Shown here: piece after piece, positions 38,713 to 52,734 of the stretch
How positions within the stretch are numbered: position 1 is the stretch's first letter
How the letters are laid out: each line of letters starts with the position of its first letter
Assembly (NCBI GenBank): GCA_951406725.2
Contig: OX597815.1
Coordinates: forward strand, 142,104,001-142,168,000
Reading direction: 5' to 3'
Source of the DNA: Octopus vulgaris
Lineage: Eukaryota
DNA: 64,000 nucleotides
Made by a program: the position numbers and the translations under genes
The notes under the pieces: generated by a model
The model's database searches: none
Told to the model about the DNA's origin: nothing
What the model saw: only the letters and a program-made list of their open reading frames with translations

Positions 38713-40739
38713 GATGAATCCTATATTCTGTTATGTCGTGGTCTGGGCATGTAATTTTTCAAACAGCTCTTCCATTAAGTTACACCAGCAGATTAACCAC
38801 TCTAAAGGAGGGCAAAGTATTCTCAGGGAGAGTGTTGCAATTGCAGTTTGAGATTATTAGAATGATACTCATTCCGACCAGCTGCGAGCGTAGAGAGCAT
38901 TGATATCGTTCCATAGACATTTTTATAACGGACGTGTTATGTTTTGATTATGTGTTATACTAATTATTTAAATATTTATTTAAATCATACGATATTTTCA
39001 TATTATATTACCAAAAATATATTACTTTCGTATATGAGGTGAACATTCTACCGTAATGTCGTTCCAGAGAATCTCTAAATTGTAGAGAGAAAGATTTTAT
39101 AACCGCAAAACCTTATCTTCAAATGTTTTGTGAATCGAAAGACGAGGATTGTCAGAATAGTTGGAGTAACGGACGTGTGCCTTGCAGTATTCACGGAAGT
39201 TTATTTGTGTTCTGATTTCCAAATACCACCGAGGTAGCGTTTACTACACATTATAAGTAGAGTGAAAAAATATATACTAGTCAATTACTGGTACGTTAAG
39301 GTAGGCAAAACCCCTCCGCAGCACTTGAGATTTAGTTTCTATTTTAGTAATTCATATTTCTTATAAATCAAGCAATGAGCTGGCAGAAGATTTAGCAATC
39401 CCGGCAAAATGATTAGCGGCATTTCGTCAGTGCTTGCGTTCTGTGTAAATTCCGCCGAAGTCTTCGTTGCCTTTCTTCCTTTCGAGTCGGATAAAATAAC
39501 TACCAGTTGAGCATTGAGATCGACTTCGCCTTGTGCTGAAATGTGAAACCAATATTTCCTCTAAACCAGGTTGACATGAGTTATATATATTTTCTGCCTT
39601 CGTTTATATTTTATCGTTTCTCTTTATGCATTTTAATGTTCATTATAGTTGAATTGCATCCATTCTCACGGATCTGAAAGACGAAAGTATAAACTTATGT
39701 ACGTATATCTGCTAAAATACAAGGGACAATAATTATTTCATTTTCCATAATATTTTATAAATATGTACAAGTCTAGATGAGTTTTAAAGATAGAGGGAAT
39801 ATGTTCACATATATATTATAGCGAAACAATGCATTTCTAGGAAACTAGTTATAGCATCCTCTTCCTTTTGAAAAATTAATTTATTCCATCTTATGAACAT
39901 TTTATGTTACATATTCTTTGATCGATTGCTTTAATGGTGCTCTAAACATAGACACTGTTTATCATTGTTTTTGCTCTTCCTTGCATTTAAAATAGTAATT
40001 TAAGCGGCAGCAATGGAAAGTGTCACGTAGATTCATGTCAAAAGTATATAGTCTAGTGATGTACAATTTTATAAATCTTTAAAGAAATCTAATTAACATT
40101 ATATGAATATTGAAAACTAGACACATAGGAAAATATATAAAAATTAATAAAGGAATTTATCAATTTATTATATTCCCTATTATTCTTCCATGCTACCTGT
40201 GCTAATGTTTCTCATTTATAGAAAATGTAACACATGTGTAGTACTGTTAACTGTGTAAATCAGGCAATAATTGATATTATCCTAAATAGAATATTTGGCA
40301 AAAGTTTTCAAAGCTAAGACTGAAGACTGATAATGTCTTTACTATACTACCTACTCAAACCAGCAATAAAGTATGTATAAACTGTCGTTTTTTAGGAGTT
40401 GCGGACATAGTTCGAATGTATTTACTGTTAAATAACCATTGTAAATTGATTTGTTTATCTTTATTTTTAAATATTTTACTCAACTTCATCTATTCTGCGA
40501 AAATTACTCTGAAATTTGGATATATTAAATTTTTAAAAATACACGAGAATAAATTACTTTATAAAGAACAATAAAAAATAATGACTATGCATGTACGTAA
40601 GATTTTTATCGCCGTAGTTGTTTTCATTTAAATTCATAGTAGATTTGCTAGCAAAAACATACAGCAAACGGTCTTCCCAGCATCTCTCTACTTTTCATAA
40701 TTTCAGAAATGCAACATCTAGAATTATATTATCAATCGA

Positions 40740-41110
40740 GTGAACTGAAGACGATTTCGGTATCATTTCTAGTGGACGCAGATGCAGTTCTGTGATTAAG
40801 GATTTCGATTAAGAGTTTCCAGATATTCAAGCACACTGCATTTCCCCGAGAGTAAGTGTCTTCCATCATGATATTATTTTGACCAAAATATAAAATTCCG
40901 ATGATGGGAACGTTCTCGTTTTTGGTGTTAATCTTAAACTTTGATGCATATTTACAAAGCGTAGTGGCCTTTAGAAATTTTGTCACACTACATTGTGTCT
41001 CTAAAATTTGGATCTAACTTCTGGTTTCAGTAGAAAACCCACCTTGCAACCCAAAAGGGATTTTGATCGACCTCTGTCCATTATTTACAGGGGCCGGCCT
41101 TCACACAAAC
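40740..41110 (-). mobile_element. Possible LINE APE endonuclease scrap
   Basis: Minus-strand KVGFLLKP...EFY...TLTLGE resembles the EEP motifs GV.IL, FY and GDFN; heavily decayed. Confidence 0.3.
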
Positions 41111-41804
41111 CTAAAGTTATGGTGTAGGTGATTTCTTGCTTTTCAAGTGTATATTTAAATATATTTTCGTACACATTTAAATATATTTGCCGATTTGTAG
41201 ACAATTCCTTACCTGTATTTGATATTATGTCACGAGAGAAAGATACTATATAGCAATTACAGTGTTAACAACCTCCCTATTGACATAATACTAAATGGGA
41301 AAACGGCATGAAAGCAGACCGCGGAGAACCGAAGCGAAATATGCATGCCATACCGCCTGACGTTCTAAAGACTCTCCTAATCGGACAAGTTTTTTTTTTT
41401 AAATTCTCTCTCTCTCCCACTCTATATCTTTCTCCCTTCTCTCTTTCTCTTTCTCTCTCTCTTTCTCTCTCTCTGTGTCTCTCTGTCTCTCTCTCTCTCT
41501 CTCTCCTTCTCTCTCTCTCTATATATATATAATGCTACGGAATATTGATGCTGATGATAATAGTCGGTATATTTTTTCAACTTTAGCATGAAATGAGGTT
41601 TATAGATTTAGTTAACTATTTTTGTTATGCTCAACTACAACCTGTGAGGTGGCGTCTATTTCCAGCGCGTGGAGAGGCATATTTCCAATCACTTGTTATA
41701 ATTATATAGATAATTATTAATATATATATATATATATACATTTCTAAATATCTCAGAGGGATTTATGCAGTAGTGGTACGATAAAGTAGTTGTATACTCT
41801 TAAC

Positions 41805-41939
41805 TCACCCAGCTTATCTCCTCCTTGTAAACGTAAGGAAACAGGAAATGTGTCAAGGCCGAAAGGAAGCGTTGCTGCTTGCTAGGGCTAAATAGCAGTA
41901 GTATGATGTCCTCCATGGGAGTGTCACATTCAGTTGACA

Positions 41940-41943
<4 letters not shown>
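41805..41943 (+). mobile_element. Repeat family A 3' tail
   Basis: AAGGAAACAGGAAATGTGTCAAGGCCGA...CTAGGGCT...GTCACATTCAGTTGACAG-(TA)n matches 21160-21305. Confidence 0.7.
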
Positions 41944-42001
<58 letters not shown>

Positions 42002-42116
42002 TATATATTCATATGTATATAGATATATATGTATGTACATATGTATATATTTCCCTACATATATATAATATATAGTATATATATATATACATGCATATTT
42101 ATATATATATATATAT

Positions 42117-42190
42117 ACTTTATTTAGCAGAAAATTCAACAAAATCTGTTACTCTGAGTTTCTCGTTGCCGTTCATCAGACAGTTTTTGT
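42117..42190 (-). ncRNA. Family B pLTR end with intact minimal hammerhead (42146-42183)
   Basis: Identical to 21369-21406 over the ribozyme, with the same CTTTATTT boundary at (TA)n. Confidence 0.8.
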
Positions 42191-42300
42191 TTTATCTATA
42201 TATATTTGTGGCTGGAATTGGTGAGAGCAATTATGTGGCAAGAAATAAGCGTTAAATCTCTTAAAGCTGCAGGGAACACAAATTTCTGTACATGAAGCAA

Positions 42301-42380
42301 TGGGGTGACACTACTGCTGATGAGTCCCGAATTAAGGGATGAAATCTAGCTTTGTTCATGTGGCGTATATCTCCCCTGTC
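42301..42380 (+). ncRNA. Degenerate hammerhead
   Basis: CACTACTG-CTGATGA-GTCCC(GAATTAA)GGGAT-GAAA; stem III and stem I 3' strand are imperfect. Confidence 0.55.
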
Positions 42381-44129
42381 AATGTATAGAAATAAGTATT
42401 TCACGCAGCATCATGCGTTTTACATCCTGCTTGCAGTATAGGTAGTCTCAGTACATTCAGTCACAATTAGTGACGATTATATATGTAGCAACTCTTTTGC
42501 ACCTTGAAGTAAACGTTTACTAGTGATATTAATATAAACTAACATCATGCATACATATGTGTGAGGAAATAAAAACGGACGTTGAAAATGGGCCACAGAT
42601 AACTCGATAGTGGTTTAATTCAAATACATCTCATAATAAATTGTATATGTTCCATTACTATAATGTATTGGCTAGCAATTGGTGTTTAACAGTATGATAT
42701 ATCCTATTTTGATAATTACAATCGACCTCTGATATTCTGTATGATAATAGTGTATCTATTTCATATCGATACTGCCTCAGAAATGTGTAATCATGTTACG
42801 TTCGAAGTAACATGTATTATTCAATATTAATTTAATGCCAACTGAAAGTGTTCATGTGTGCTGGAATTGCTAAGCATTATCACCAGAATCTGAGAATATT
42901 AAATTCTTTGCAAAATGGTGCAGATATCGCTTAGTATTGATTCAATCAAAGATGATTTCTTGCTAACATTAAGTTGACACTCAAGTATTTGTACTCAGAC
43001 GATTGTTAATGAAATTTCTGGTGCAATCTGAAGCATATCTTGATTTGAATCTCTGCTAGAAGGGGAAATTACCAAAGCGTATAAATACATAAACGAAACG
43101 CGTGTTCACACATTCAGATGTTGAGAAATTAAGTGCATTTAACTTGTCAAATGAAGAATTCCCAATTACAGTTGATTAATTCAATGATGTCATTTTTAAT
43201 CAATACATATCCATCAGTTAATTTATTTTCCTAAATTGCCTTCCATATCATCTTCACGTGATCTCAGTTTTTCAAGAATACTCTCAGATTTATCAAGTAA
43301 TAATGATATAAAAAAAGTATTTCGCTGAGAGTACATTTTTATTTGGATATAAATTTAAAACATATAGTATATTTATTTAATTATTAACGATATATCCACA
43401 AAATGTTAAGTAGTTCACAATGAATTTTATGTTATGTATAAAAAAAAACAACCTGTTGACAGTTTTAAGTTGGAATGTGAGATTAAATTTCAAAATCTAA
43501 GCCATTGTGTTCAGTCTTTTACGTATCAAACTATTTCCATTAATATTTTTAAAATGCAATATGCGGGAATATAGAACGGATAATTATATAGATGCATTTA
43601 AGTGCATCTATATATATATATTGAACGATGCGCGATCGTTTAAGCCAATTAATTTAGACATCACTACAAGTAATATCTTCTTTTCATTGTGTAATCAGAG
43701 CAAGTAATGCAGTAACTTCATTGAATGTAAGCCGTTCGCATCTGTAAATTTGTATGTTGTACTGAAATATAAGAAAATATATTAATGAAATGATTATGTA
43801 CATTCCTCCTGCGTTTATAAGAATTCTCTCTTGATATGTATAGTGAAATACTGGAAGTTATAAACGAAGACATGTCGTGCAAGGATTAAGAGAGACAAAA
43901 CAGTAACGTATATAATGGGAAAATACAATATCACAATACATGGTGATAACGATCAAATATCGCTGCTGGTGTATTTAGCAAAATCCATAATACAGAAGTT
44001 CTATTGCGTGTACAGGCTTGAAAAAATAATTGCATCTCAAATGTTACGTAATAATACCGTTTCCGGTTTCAGTATTATCACAAATGTTTTTCTTATGTAT
44101 GTACTGTTGCTTTCCTTGATGAAACTGGA

Positions 44130-44800
44130 GTTACTACCTTGCTTCCTTTGCCTGAAAGAAGGTACGTTGGAGCATATCCTTCCTGCCACTTCAAAGGCTT
44201 TAGGTTGGTGTACTTACCACTGGTGCGTTGACGCTGCCCTGAAGAATATAACCAACATTTTAGAAGGATTAGCCATTAGTGTAGCAAGGAGCTATATCAC
44301 CTCTTCAACTGAAGCTGATATCAGCTGCTAGGAGTCCCTACTGTAACGTGCTAGCCAAGACAAAAATCAAATAACTAAACATTGATTTGCGAAAGCTACG
44401 GAATTGCCAGAAGCCACCAGAACACAATTGATTACGTTAACTTGGAAAATATCTCCAAAATATCTGAGTAGGTTAAGTTATTAGAACCCCCTATCCCTTA
44501 GGAAATCTTTGTTGAGGAAATAAAGGAGAGGAAGGGATTGAAATTTGATGCTTTGTTGAATTATATCTAACTTATCTAAGAGGGGTTGCAAGATCGACGC
44601 AGAATATTTTTAGGCTGGTTACAGGAGCAAATAAGAGAAAAGCCTTCAAGTTAGCTGTCATGACAAAAGAAGTAGATTCGTGATGGATGTGATTCAGTTG
44701 TGAACCGTATATCGTTATCACTATCTTAACGCAATTCGAAATATGATCAACATTTGTTGTGTCACCCGGGAGAGCGTGTCGGATTATGGAATGAGCCAGT
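44130..44800 (+). mobile_element. HERO-like RLE retrotransposon 3' remnant
   Basis: CFLCLKEGTLEHILPATSKALGWCTYHWCVDAALK resembles HERO C-x2-C..TLEHILSSC.KAL..GRY.WRHD.VL; a degenerate ELTVPWE-like motif follows. Confidence 0.6.
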
Positions 44801-46048
44801 AATCATATAAGGCTCACACCTTGATCCACATCCACAATGAATCTACTTTAAACAATACAATTAACAATACAGAAGAGGAATTTCGGTGTATCACAAAATG
44901 GTAGCAGAAGAAAAACTATAACTGAATGATTATCACCTGCTTTGTGAAATATCCTAAACTCAATTTGGAACTTCATAGAAATTTGTCGCAAACTGCAATC
45001 AAAGAGTGCCATGCCGGGTTTATATATCCCTTTATATCATAAGCATTGCTCATAATATATACCTTTTATATGATAAAAACATTTTTTGCTGATATACCAG
45101 AATCTAATTGATTTACTCCAATGTAAATATGTTATCTTAGTTGAACTAAATATATTCTAACAAACATATACTCTGGAATATAAATGTCTCCGCAATTTAT
45201 ATATTATGCATTCCGTGTAAATGGTGAACGATATATATAGGTACAAAATACACGGTTGATGAACAGCAAATATTGGGATTTACATGTTACAATCATATAT
45301 AGGATATATATTGTAACAGCCAAGATTTCAAATTATAAACTATGTGCTATTTCAAATCAGTGTATTTTGAGAACATTTGAAAGAGATAAAGACAATCTTG
45401 ATTTCTCAGAGATTTTCTAAAATAATTTAGAATTGGCTTTTTACCAGTTGATATGAAATCGTTTTGGCAATGTTCTAAAGAATATTTCCAACCCTAAGGA
45501 TAGTTTTCTATGATTCAGATTCTTTGATTTTTCCTTCTGTATCTACGAATTGTTGTTTTGCCAGGAAGGAGATCAAAGTAATTTACTTTGAAGACGTATT
45601 TTCTTTTATTGTTAGGCAGTTGAGAAAGTTACAGTTAATGTACATGTTGACTATCAATTTCACATGTATTCATATGAGGGAGTAATCAGTAAGCAGTTAT
45701 AAACTATAAATAACAAACTACATTTCCATCACAAAATCACTTTGTTAACTTCAATTCCGTCTTTTTGTTTACTGCAATAAAACAAAATAAAATAGACACA
45801 ATCGTAAATAAACAGCATAATATTACACAAAATCTATAGAATAAAAGTAAAATAGATTTTCATTCATGAAAAAGTTATTGTTATCAATGGCATTTCTTTA
45901 TCATCAAGATATAATTCGTATTCAGCGTAGAGAAAACGAACCTTTTTGAAATGGCTGTTACTCAGCCCAAGGGGTGGGGGGGCATATATCCGACAGGTAT
46001 CATTCGGTCCGTAGTGTCTTAACATTTATTTGCTTTTCAGGTAAAGTC

Positions 46049-47039
46049 ATGGTGCTGTGGACGATAGAGAATAGCGCGTTTTCCTATGCCAAAGACTAAG
46101 GAGTCTGTCACAGCAATTTAGCGTGAGTTTCGGCGACACTTCAACATTCACCTAAATCAGGCTGGTCCCACAAGTAATACAATCTTACATTGGGTGAATG
46201 CACTTCCTACACGAGGTACATTAATGAATAGAAGATTGGCGGGGTCGCCACGAACGGGAATCGATCGGAAAGGCGTATTTTGCTTGAAAACTTGCATTCC
46301 CAACTGTACACATTTGTCATAGGGCAACAGTTGAAACCATGGGGCTATGCAGAGCGGCTTAACTTCGTACGTCAAACGGAAGCAATTTTTGAGGCAAATG
46401 ACAAACTCATTTTGTTAACGAGTGATGATGCTCATTTTCATCTCAGTGACATGGTGATTAAACAGAACTGTCGTTATAGAAAATTTGAAAATTCGAGAAA
46501 CTGCACGAAAAAACACTTCACAGCCCAAAGGTGACAATCTGTTGTGCTGTTGGAAAAGTTGCCGTCGTTAGTCTTTACTTTTTTAAAGATAATAATGATA
46601 ATTTTGTTACTGTGAACTCTGAGCGTTACATCGAGATGATAAACAACTTCTTTGTGCCTGAATTCCGTCGAAAACGCATGCATATTCGACGTGTGTGGGT
46701 TCAGCAAGATGGGGCGACGGCCCAGACAGTCAGAGCATCAATGGGCATTCTTCGGCATCTCTTCCGTGACAGCCTTATTTCCAGATTTGCTAATATTCCT
46801 TGGCCCCATCGGTCCACTGATTTGATCATGTGTGATTATGTATTGTGGGAAACCTGAAGATACGTGTGTATGCGCATATGCTCCGTACACAGGATTATTT
46901 GAAGGAAGCTATTCACGTGGAAGTCGCCCAAATCGACAGAGCAATGCTAGAGAGAATAGAGGCCAATTTCCAAGAATACTTTCTGAAATGCATCAATGAA
47001 AACTGTCACTACAGGATGGATATTGTTTTCCAAACGTGA
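46049..47039 (+). mobile_element. Tc1/mariner DD41D (rosa/Visitor-type) transposase pseudogene
   Basis: N-terminal REFRRHFN..TILHWV; TSDDAHFHL; TVNSERY; QQDGATA-...-WPHRSTDLIMCDY with 41 residues between the second and third D; several frameshifts. Confidence 0.9.
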
Positions 47040-47308
47040 TTTTGAGAAATGCTTATACAATATAAAGACATTAATGTCAAAAAAATAACTAATGTAGGAT
47101 AAAATTTTTTTCCCGAAAAAAATTTTATCAATGGCCAGCATGTCAAAAAATACCTTTAAATGTTAAATTTATAAATAATTTACAAAATAAGGGCAAAAGA
47201 AAAATTCTAATGTCAAATATGCCGAAAAAAAAAAACAAAATTGTCAATAACTATTATAATTTATGCGTCTCGAAACAAACCGATAGAAATTTCTACAAAA
47301 TCCGTTAT

Positions 47309-47367
47309 TACCGTATTGGTCCCAATTACGGGGTTAATTCATAAGAATTTTCCCCTCTTCAGCGATA
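47309..47367 (-). ncRNA. Type I hammerhead with one core substitution
   Basis: Minus strand TATCG-CTGAAGA-GGGG..AATTC/GAATT..CCCC-GTAA(for GAAA)-TTGG(GA)CCAA-TA-CGGTA. Confidence 0.7.
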
Positions 47368-47539
47368 AATACGTGAGATATAAGTGAAATACTTACTCAT
47401 ACCCATGGAAAAATTAAGCACTAAGTCCTGGGCAGATCTAAGTACCGCAAATATATCCAAAATAGAAAATCTTCGGCTCATTTCGAGACACATGTGATTC
47501 GAACTAGAAACTTTCACAGAAACCCATAAATTATAATGG

Positions 47540-47945
47540 TTACTCTTTATACTCTTTTACTTGTTTCAGTCATTTGACTGCGGCCATGCTGGAGCACCGC
47601 CTTTAGTCGAGCAAGTCGACCCCAGGACTTATTCTTTGTAAGCCCAGTACTTATTCTATCGGTCTCTTTTGCCGAACCGCTAAGTGACGGGGACGTAAAC
47701 ACACCAGCATCGGTTGTCAAGCAATGCTAGGGCACAAACACACACACACAAACACATATACACACACATATATATATATACATATATACGACAGGCTTCT
47801 TTCAGTTTCCGTCTACCAAATCCACTCACAAGGCATTGGTCGGCCCGGGGCTATAGCAGAAGACACTTGCCCAAGATGCCACGTAGTGGGACTGAACCCA
47901 GAACCATGTGGTTAGTTAGCAACCTACTTACCACCCAGCCACTCC
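47540..47945 (-). mobile_element. Full-length SINE family 1
   Basis: Colinear and highly similar to 25705-26105. Confidence 0.87.
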
Positions 47946-48006
47946 TTTTGTCTTTTTTTCGGCATATTTGGCATTAGAATTTTTCTTTTGCCCTTATTTT
48001 GTAAAT

Positions 48007-48055
<49 letters not shown>

Positions 48056-48689
48056 ACAGTGGTTTTAGTATGAAATTTATAAATATTTAATACATCGCAT
48101 AATTTTGACATCAGAGTCGGCATCCTTTGCATTTGTACAGTATAGACCGTATTATCCGTGGGCATCCGGATGATCATCATTGTTGATCATTACATCTGGC
48201 GATGCTGCATTATTGCTGCACTATTGGATAAATTTCACAGGGATGCTCATCCTTTTTGCCAGGATGATGTCTAATCTAGCGATGTGGGTATTTCTGTAAG
48301 TACTTGGTAGGTTGAATTTATCTTTTACCGACACACACAGTAGTCAGTGTGTCCGTGTATCTGTGTGTATGTTAGTGTGTTTGTGTCTGTTCCTCCAGAT
48401 GCTAGCGTGTTTACGTCCCCATAACTAGCGGTTTGGCAAAAGAGACCAATATAATCAGAGGCTTACAAAGAATAAGTCCTGGGGTCGATTTGCTAGACTA
48501 AAGGCAGTGTTCCAGCATGGCTGCAGTCCAATGCCTGAAACATGTAAAATAATAAAATAATATTGTTGTATGTGTCTCTTTAACTCTGTAGTGTCGCACA
48601 TGCGGGACACATTTCTCCTTACTCTGATGATGTCTGCCATCAATATATTAAATTTGGCATTGTCTACGATAGCTGAGTTCCAGTGGATC

Positions 48690-49466
48690 AGGTATTTAGA
48701 GGCCATAGCTTTGGTAAACCTAGACATACAGCAATTCGTTCACCGCATGCAATTCTCAGGACACAACCTTTGAGAAAGTATCAGAGCATATAAAGAAGCC
48801 ATGAGGGTATTTGAAACTATCATACCTAACGATAGGAATGGGATTTGCCCTCTCTATAGAAGCAAGTTATGGAACATCATTGAAAGTACCAAGAAGAAAC
48901 TAGGAAGGCCAACTCATAGTATGATAATCACAAATACCAGAGTGTCATGTTCGTCGACACCGCCCCTAGAGGAGAATAGCATTAGAAAGACCATAGACAA
49001 ACCTAAGCTAAGAATTAAGGTTGTAGAAAGGCAAGGTAAGCTTATCAAATCCCTAATCGGTAGAAACTACCCTGATAGGAACTGTATTGTATGTCGATTT
49101 AGCCCACAAATAATCTGTAAAGCTAGGAATGTAGTCTATAGTATAAGATATACAGAGGGGCGGTGCAGTAACAAGACAATGTCGTACGTAGAGAAGACAG
49201 CGCGAAGCATAGGAGAGCGGGTAAATGAGAATTGGAAGGAACTTAAGGAAGAGAAGAGCTCATCGGTTCTATACCAGCATGCCGAGCTGGAACACATGGG
49301 CTCACTCAATAACATAGAAGTTAAAATTGTGTCCACACATAGAACAGAAGCAACGCTTAGTCAAATTACGGAAGCTACACACATAATAGAAGATAAACTT
49401 AGCCTGAATAGAAAAGTAGATTGGAACACTAGCACACACACCCACACAGCACAACATATGCCCTAA
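48690..49466 (+). mobile_element. Penelope-like element C-terminus (thumb, linker and GIY-YIG), Naiad-like
   Basis: FVHRMQFSGH; GICPLYRSKLW; RIKVVERQG; CIVC..C.ARNVVYSI...SYVEKTARSIGERVNE; LYQH; terminal LNRKVDW. Confidence 0.8.
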
Positions 49467-50159
49467 TAAGATCCCTATAGTCTGATAATATGAAGATAAT
49501 ACAATACACTGATGAATAAATGGAATTAATTAACTGCAAATAAACAAAATAAATTCAATTAAATTAGTACAAAAAATAAGTAGATATAAGCAAAGGAATA
49601 AAATATATAAAAGTAAATTAAACGAACATGTATAAACAGGGGATACTGATAATGTAGGCATCATACACATTCACACACACACACACACACACTCACTAAA
49701 CATAGTGAAACTAAATATAGACACACACAGATATATATGCATGCGCAAATAACTACACATACAACAGGAATATAAAATGGCAGATCGTTATTTAGGAGAG
49801 ACACACAAACAAGAAAGAAGAAAACAAAGGACCACTGCTGAGGTTAAAAAAGTGTGACGAAAGAACTCTGGCCGAAATACAATTAGTATGAAGCATGTAA
49901 ACACCAAATATATAGTGCATGTTTTCAGTGGCTAAACTGGCAACATGGCCATATATATATATATATATAGTTACTACGGGTGTCTTTCACTTTCCGTCTA
50001 CTAAATCCAATCTCAAGATTTTGGTTGGCTTGAGACTATGGCAGAAGTCACTTGCCCAAGACGCTACACAGTGATATTGAACCTGGATTATATTTGTACT
50101 AAGAATATGGCTTCAGTATTCTGATTAAAATGTGTTGAAGTACTATTCCATGAAAATAA

Positions 50160-50350
50160 GGCAGCGAGCTGGCAGAACCGTTAGCACGCCGGGCGAAATT
50201 CTTTGCGGTATTTCGTCTGCCATTACGTTCTGAGTTCAAATTCTGCTGAGTTCGACTTTGCAATTCATCCTTTCAGGGTTGATAAATTAAGTACACAGTG
50301 CGTAACGGGGTCGATCTTATTCACTGGCCCCTTTCTCAAAAATGTCGTGC
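50160..50350 (+). mobile_element. SINE family 2 (other degraded copies at 15410-15545, 39375-39550, 51745-51875, 54065-54250, 56885-57085)
   Basis: GGCAGCGAGCTGGCAGAACCGTTAGCACG head, GAGTTCAAAT B box, TTCATCCTTTCAGGGTTGATAAA domain. Confidence 0.8.
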
Positions 50351-51085
50351 CATGCATATACATTCTCTGAACACCAAGATTTCTATAATACCTAACAATC
50401 TTCAAAATGATATTTAGCAGCAACACTTAAACATTTGAGTTCAATTCCTGCTAAAATCTTATTTGTGTTAATATTCCAGGTTCAACAGGAAAATATATAT
50501 TTCATGCATTAAAATCGATTTCATCAATTTTGTGCTCCCAACCATTAGAGATATTCTGCCAGAGTGATAAATCAATATTAGAAATAAGCAATATAATTGT
50601 TGTTGTAAAAATATATATGGAGAGAACTGTTTTTATTTCAAACATCAACATAGATATAAGAATAGAGTAGAAAAAAATATAGATTGTATTATGCCATTTG
50701 GAAACGTGTTAGTGCAAAACTCCCAGAGCAGCATATATACTTTGTTTTATCCTTTTTTTGTTTATGAAATTTGTGTCTTTTTCACGTTACATATGTTCGA
50801 GAATATTGGTGAAAATAAAAATCGAATCAAGTGAAATAGTATATGCTGCAAAAATGAAACAAAAACTATTATTAAAATTTAGTTTGGAGATATATGTCTA
50901 TATTTACTAAATTTACGTTGTTAGATAAAAGTTAAGATGTGCTTTACCGTATGTATTCTAATGGATTCTTTGTTATATGAAAGAGAATATAAACGTTCGT
51001 ATGGTGTACATCATATGAAAGTTAAGCCGAAAATTAAAAAAGCGCTTCGTCTCTCTATCTTCCTCTTTCTGTTTCTCTCCATCAC

Positions 51086-51126
<41 letters not shown>

Positions 51127-52512
51127 TGTAGTATAATAGTATAATATATCTTTAGTAGCATATTAGAATTTATGTCGCACATAAACGTATCACCAATATT
51201 GTGTGTAACGGAAAATCTGAAACATTTTTTCCACACATAGCTTCATAAGCTGTCTTTACAGATTTATAGACGGTATTGTGACTGATAAATCAGACTTTGT
51301 CGAGTATGATATGACAGATGTAACTTAACAGACATTCCAATCATAATTATTACGAGAAAGTGCTGATTCCTATTTCCGAGGAATTGCGTAGATAATATAC
51401 TTCCGAAAACTGTTTAATATTGCTAAACAATACTTTCATAATAGGTATGGAAGAAATATTGTTCATCATCATATCTGAAATATTATTTTTCATTGTATTT
51501 TCTACAACACTGAGTATTACAAGCCGAAGACAATGCGAAACGTTAGATGAAACATATGCAAAGCTATGCTAATTTTACCACGCAAAGGAAAACACATCTA
51601 ATCGAAGTGCAATATATTTTATAGTGATTAGATTGTTATATAAGAATAATTTTAAAGATTTTCCATTATATAATTCATGGTGCCTAAACCTTATCCACAG
51701 AATTTTGACTCGTTGTCCAGTGAAATAGTTAACAGAGTTCCCAAACTTTGGCACATGACCTGCAATCTCTTTGGAGAGACTTAGTCGATTATAATAACTC
51801 GAGGGTTCAACTGGAAATTATTTTATCGCTCCTTAAATGATGATCAGCGATGTCGATCCCGGCGATATTTGAAATGGGAAGGGAAGAAAGACTAAAGAAA
51901 ACTGTGGTAATGATTCAGCCACATGGTTGCTTTGAAATATATAAATATTGAAATACTGTGACTAACTTTCCAATTGAATTGTGACATGTATAACACCCAC
52001 TCACTTTTATGTTTTAGTACTTTACAAATTACATTAAAGTTAAATGGTAGTTTCGTAACGACAACAAACCACATCAACGCGATACAGAATTACATACAGT
52101 AATATTTTTAATTCAAACTTTCTGTGGGCTTAAAGCATCGTCAAAACAATGGAATCAATGTAAAAAACAATACGAAATTCATTTATTAAATTTAAAGGCT
52201 CGTGGAATCGTTATATACATCAGATTTCATTAATTATTTATGTGTTAGAGATCATTGAATTAGATTTTATGTTTCTTATCTTAGATGTTGGCAATTATCT
52301 AAATAAACGGACTAATACGAAACAAGAATTTGCATATTACTACGTATGGCTTATAATATTAACGCATGTATACATCTATAGAGACTATCACTAAGATTTT
52401 TAAAACTAATATTGTGTGTGTTGTATCGTATCTACTTCATTTATTGCTAAGAAATGTTGTCTGGCTTTGGTCTAATTATCTTATTTCATTTGCTTTATCG
52501 AGCGCCCGCTCT

Positions 52513-52712
<200 letters not shown>

Positions 52713-52734
52713 TACAAATACAAACAAGAAATAA

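Larger units (their letters stand above)
47135..48112. mobile_element. Inverted pLTR pair (47175-47240 / 47946-48009, extending imperfectly outward) interrupted by a SINE
   Basis: ATAATTTACAAAATAAGGGCAAAAGAAAAATTCTAATG(T/C)CAAATATGCCG and its reverse complement. Confidence 0.75.

Noticed and set aside
45850-47130. Terminal inverted repeats of the DD41D element
   Set aside because: Only weak AT-rich complementarity; ends could not be defined.
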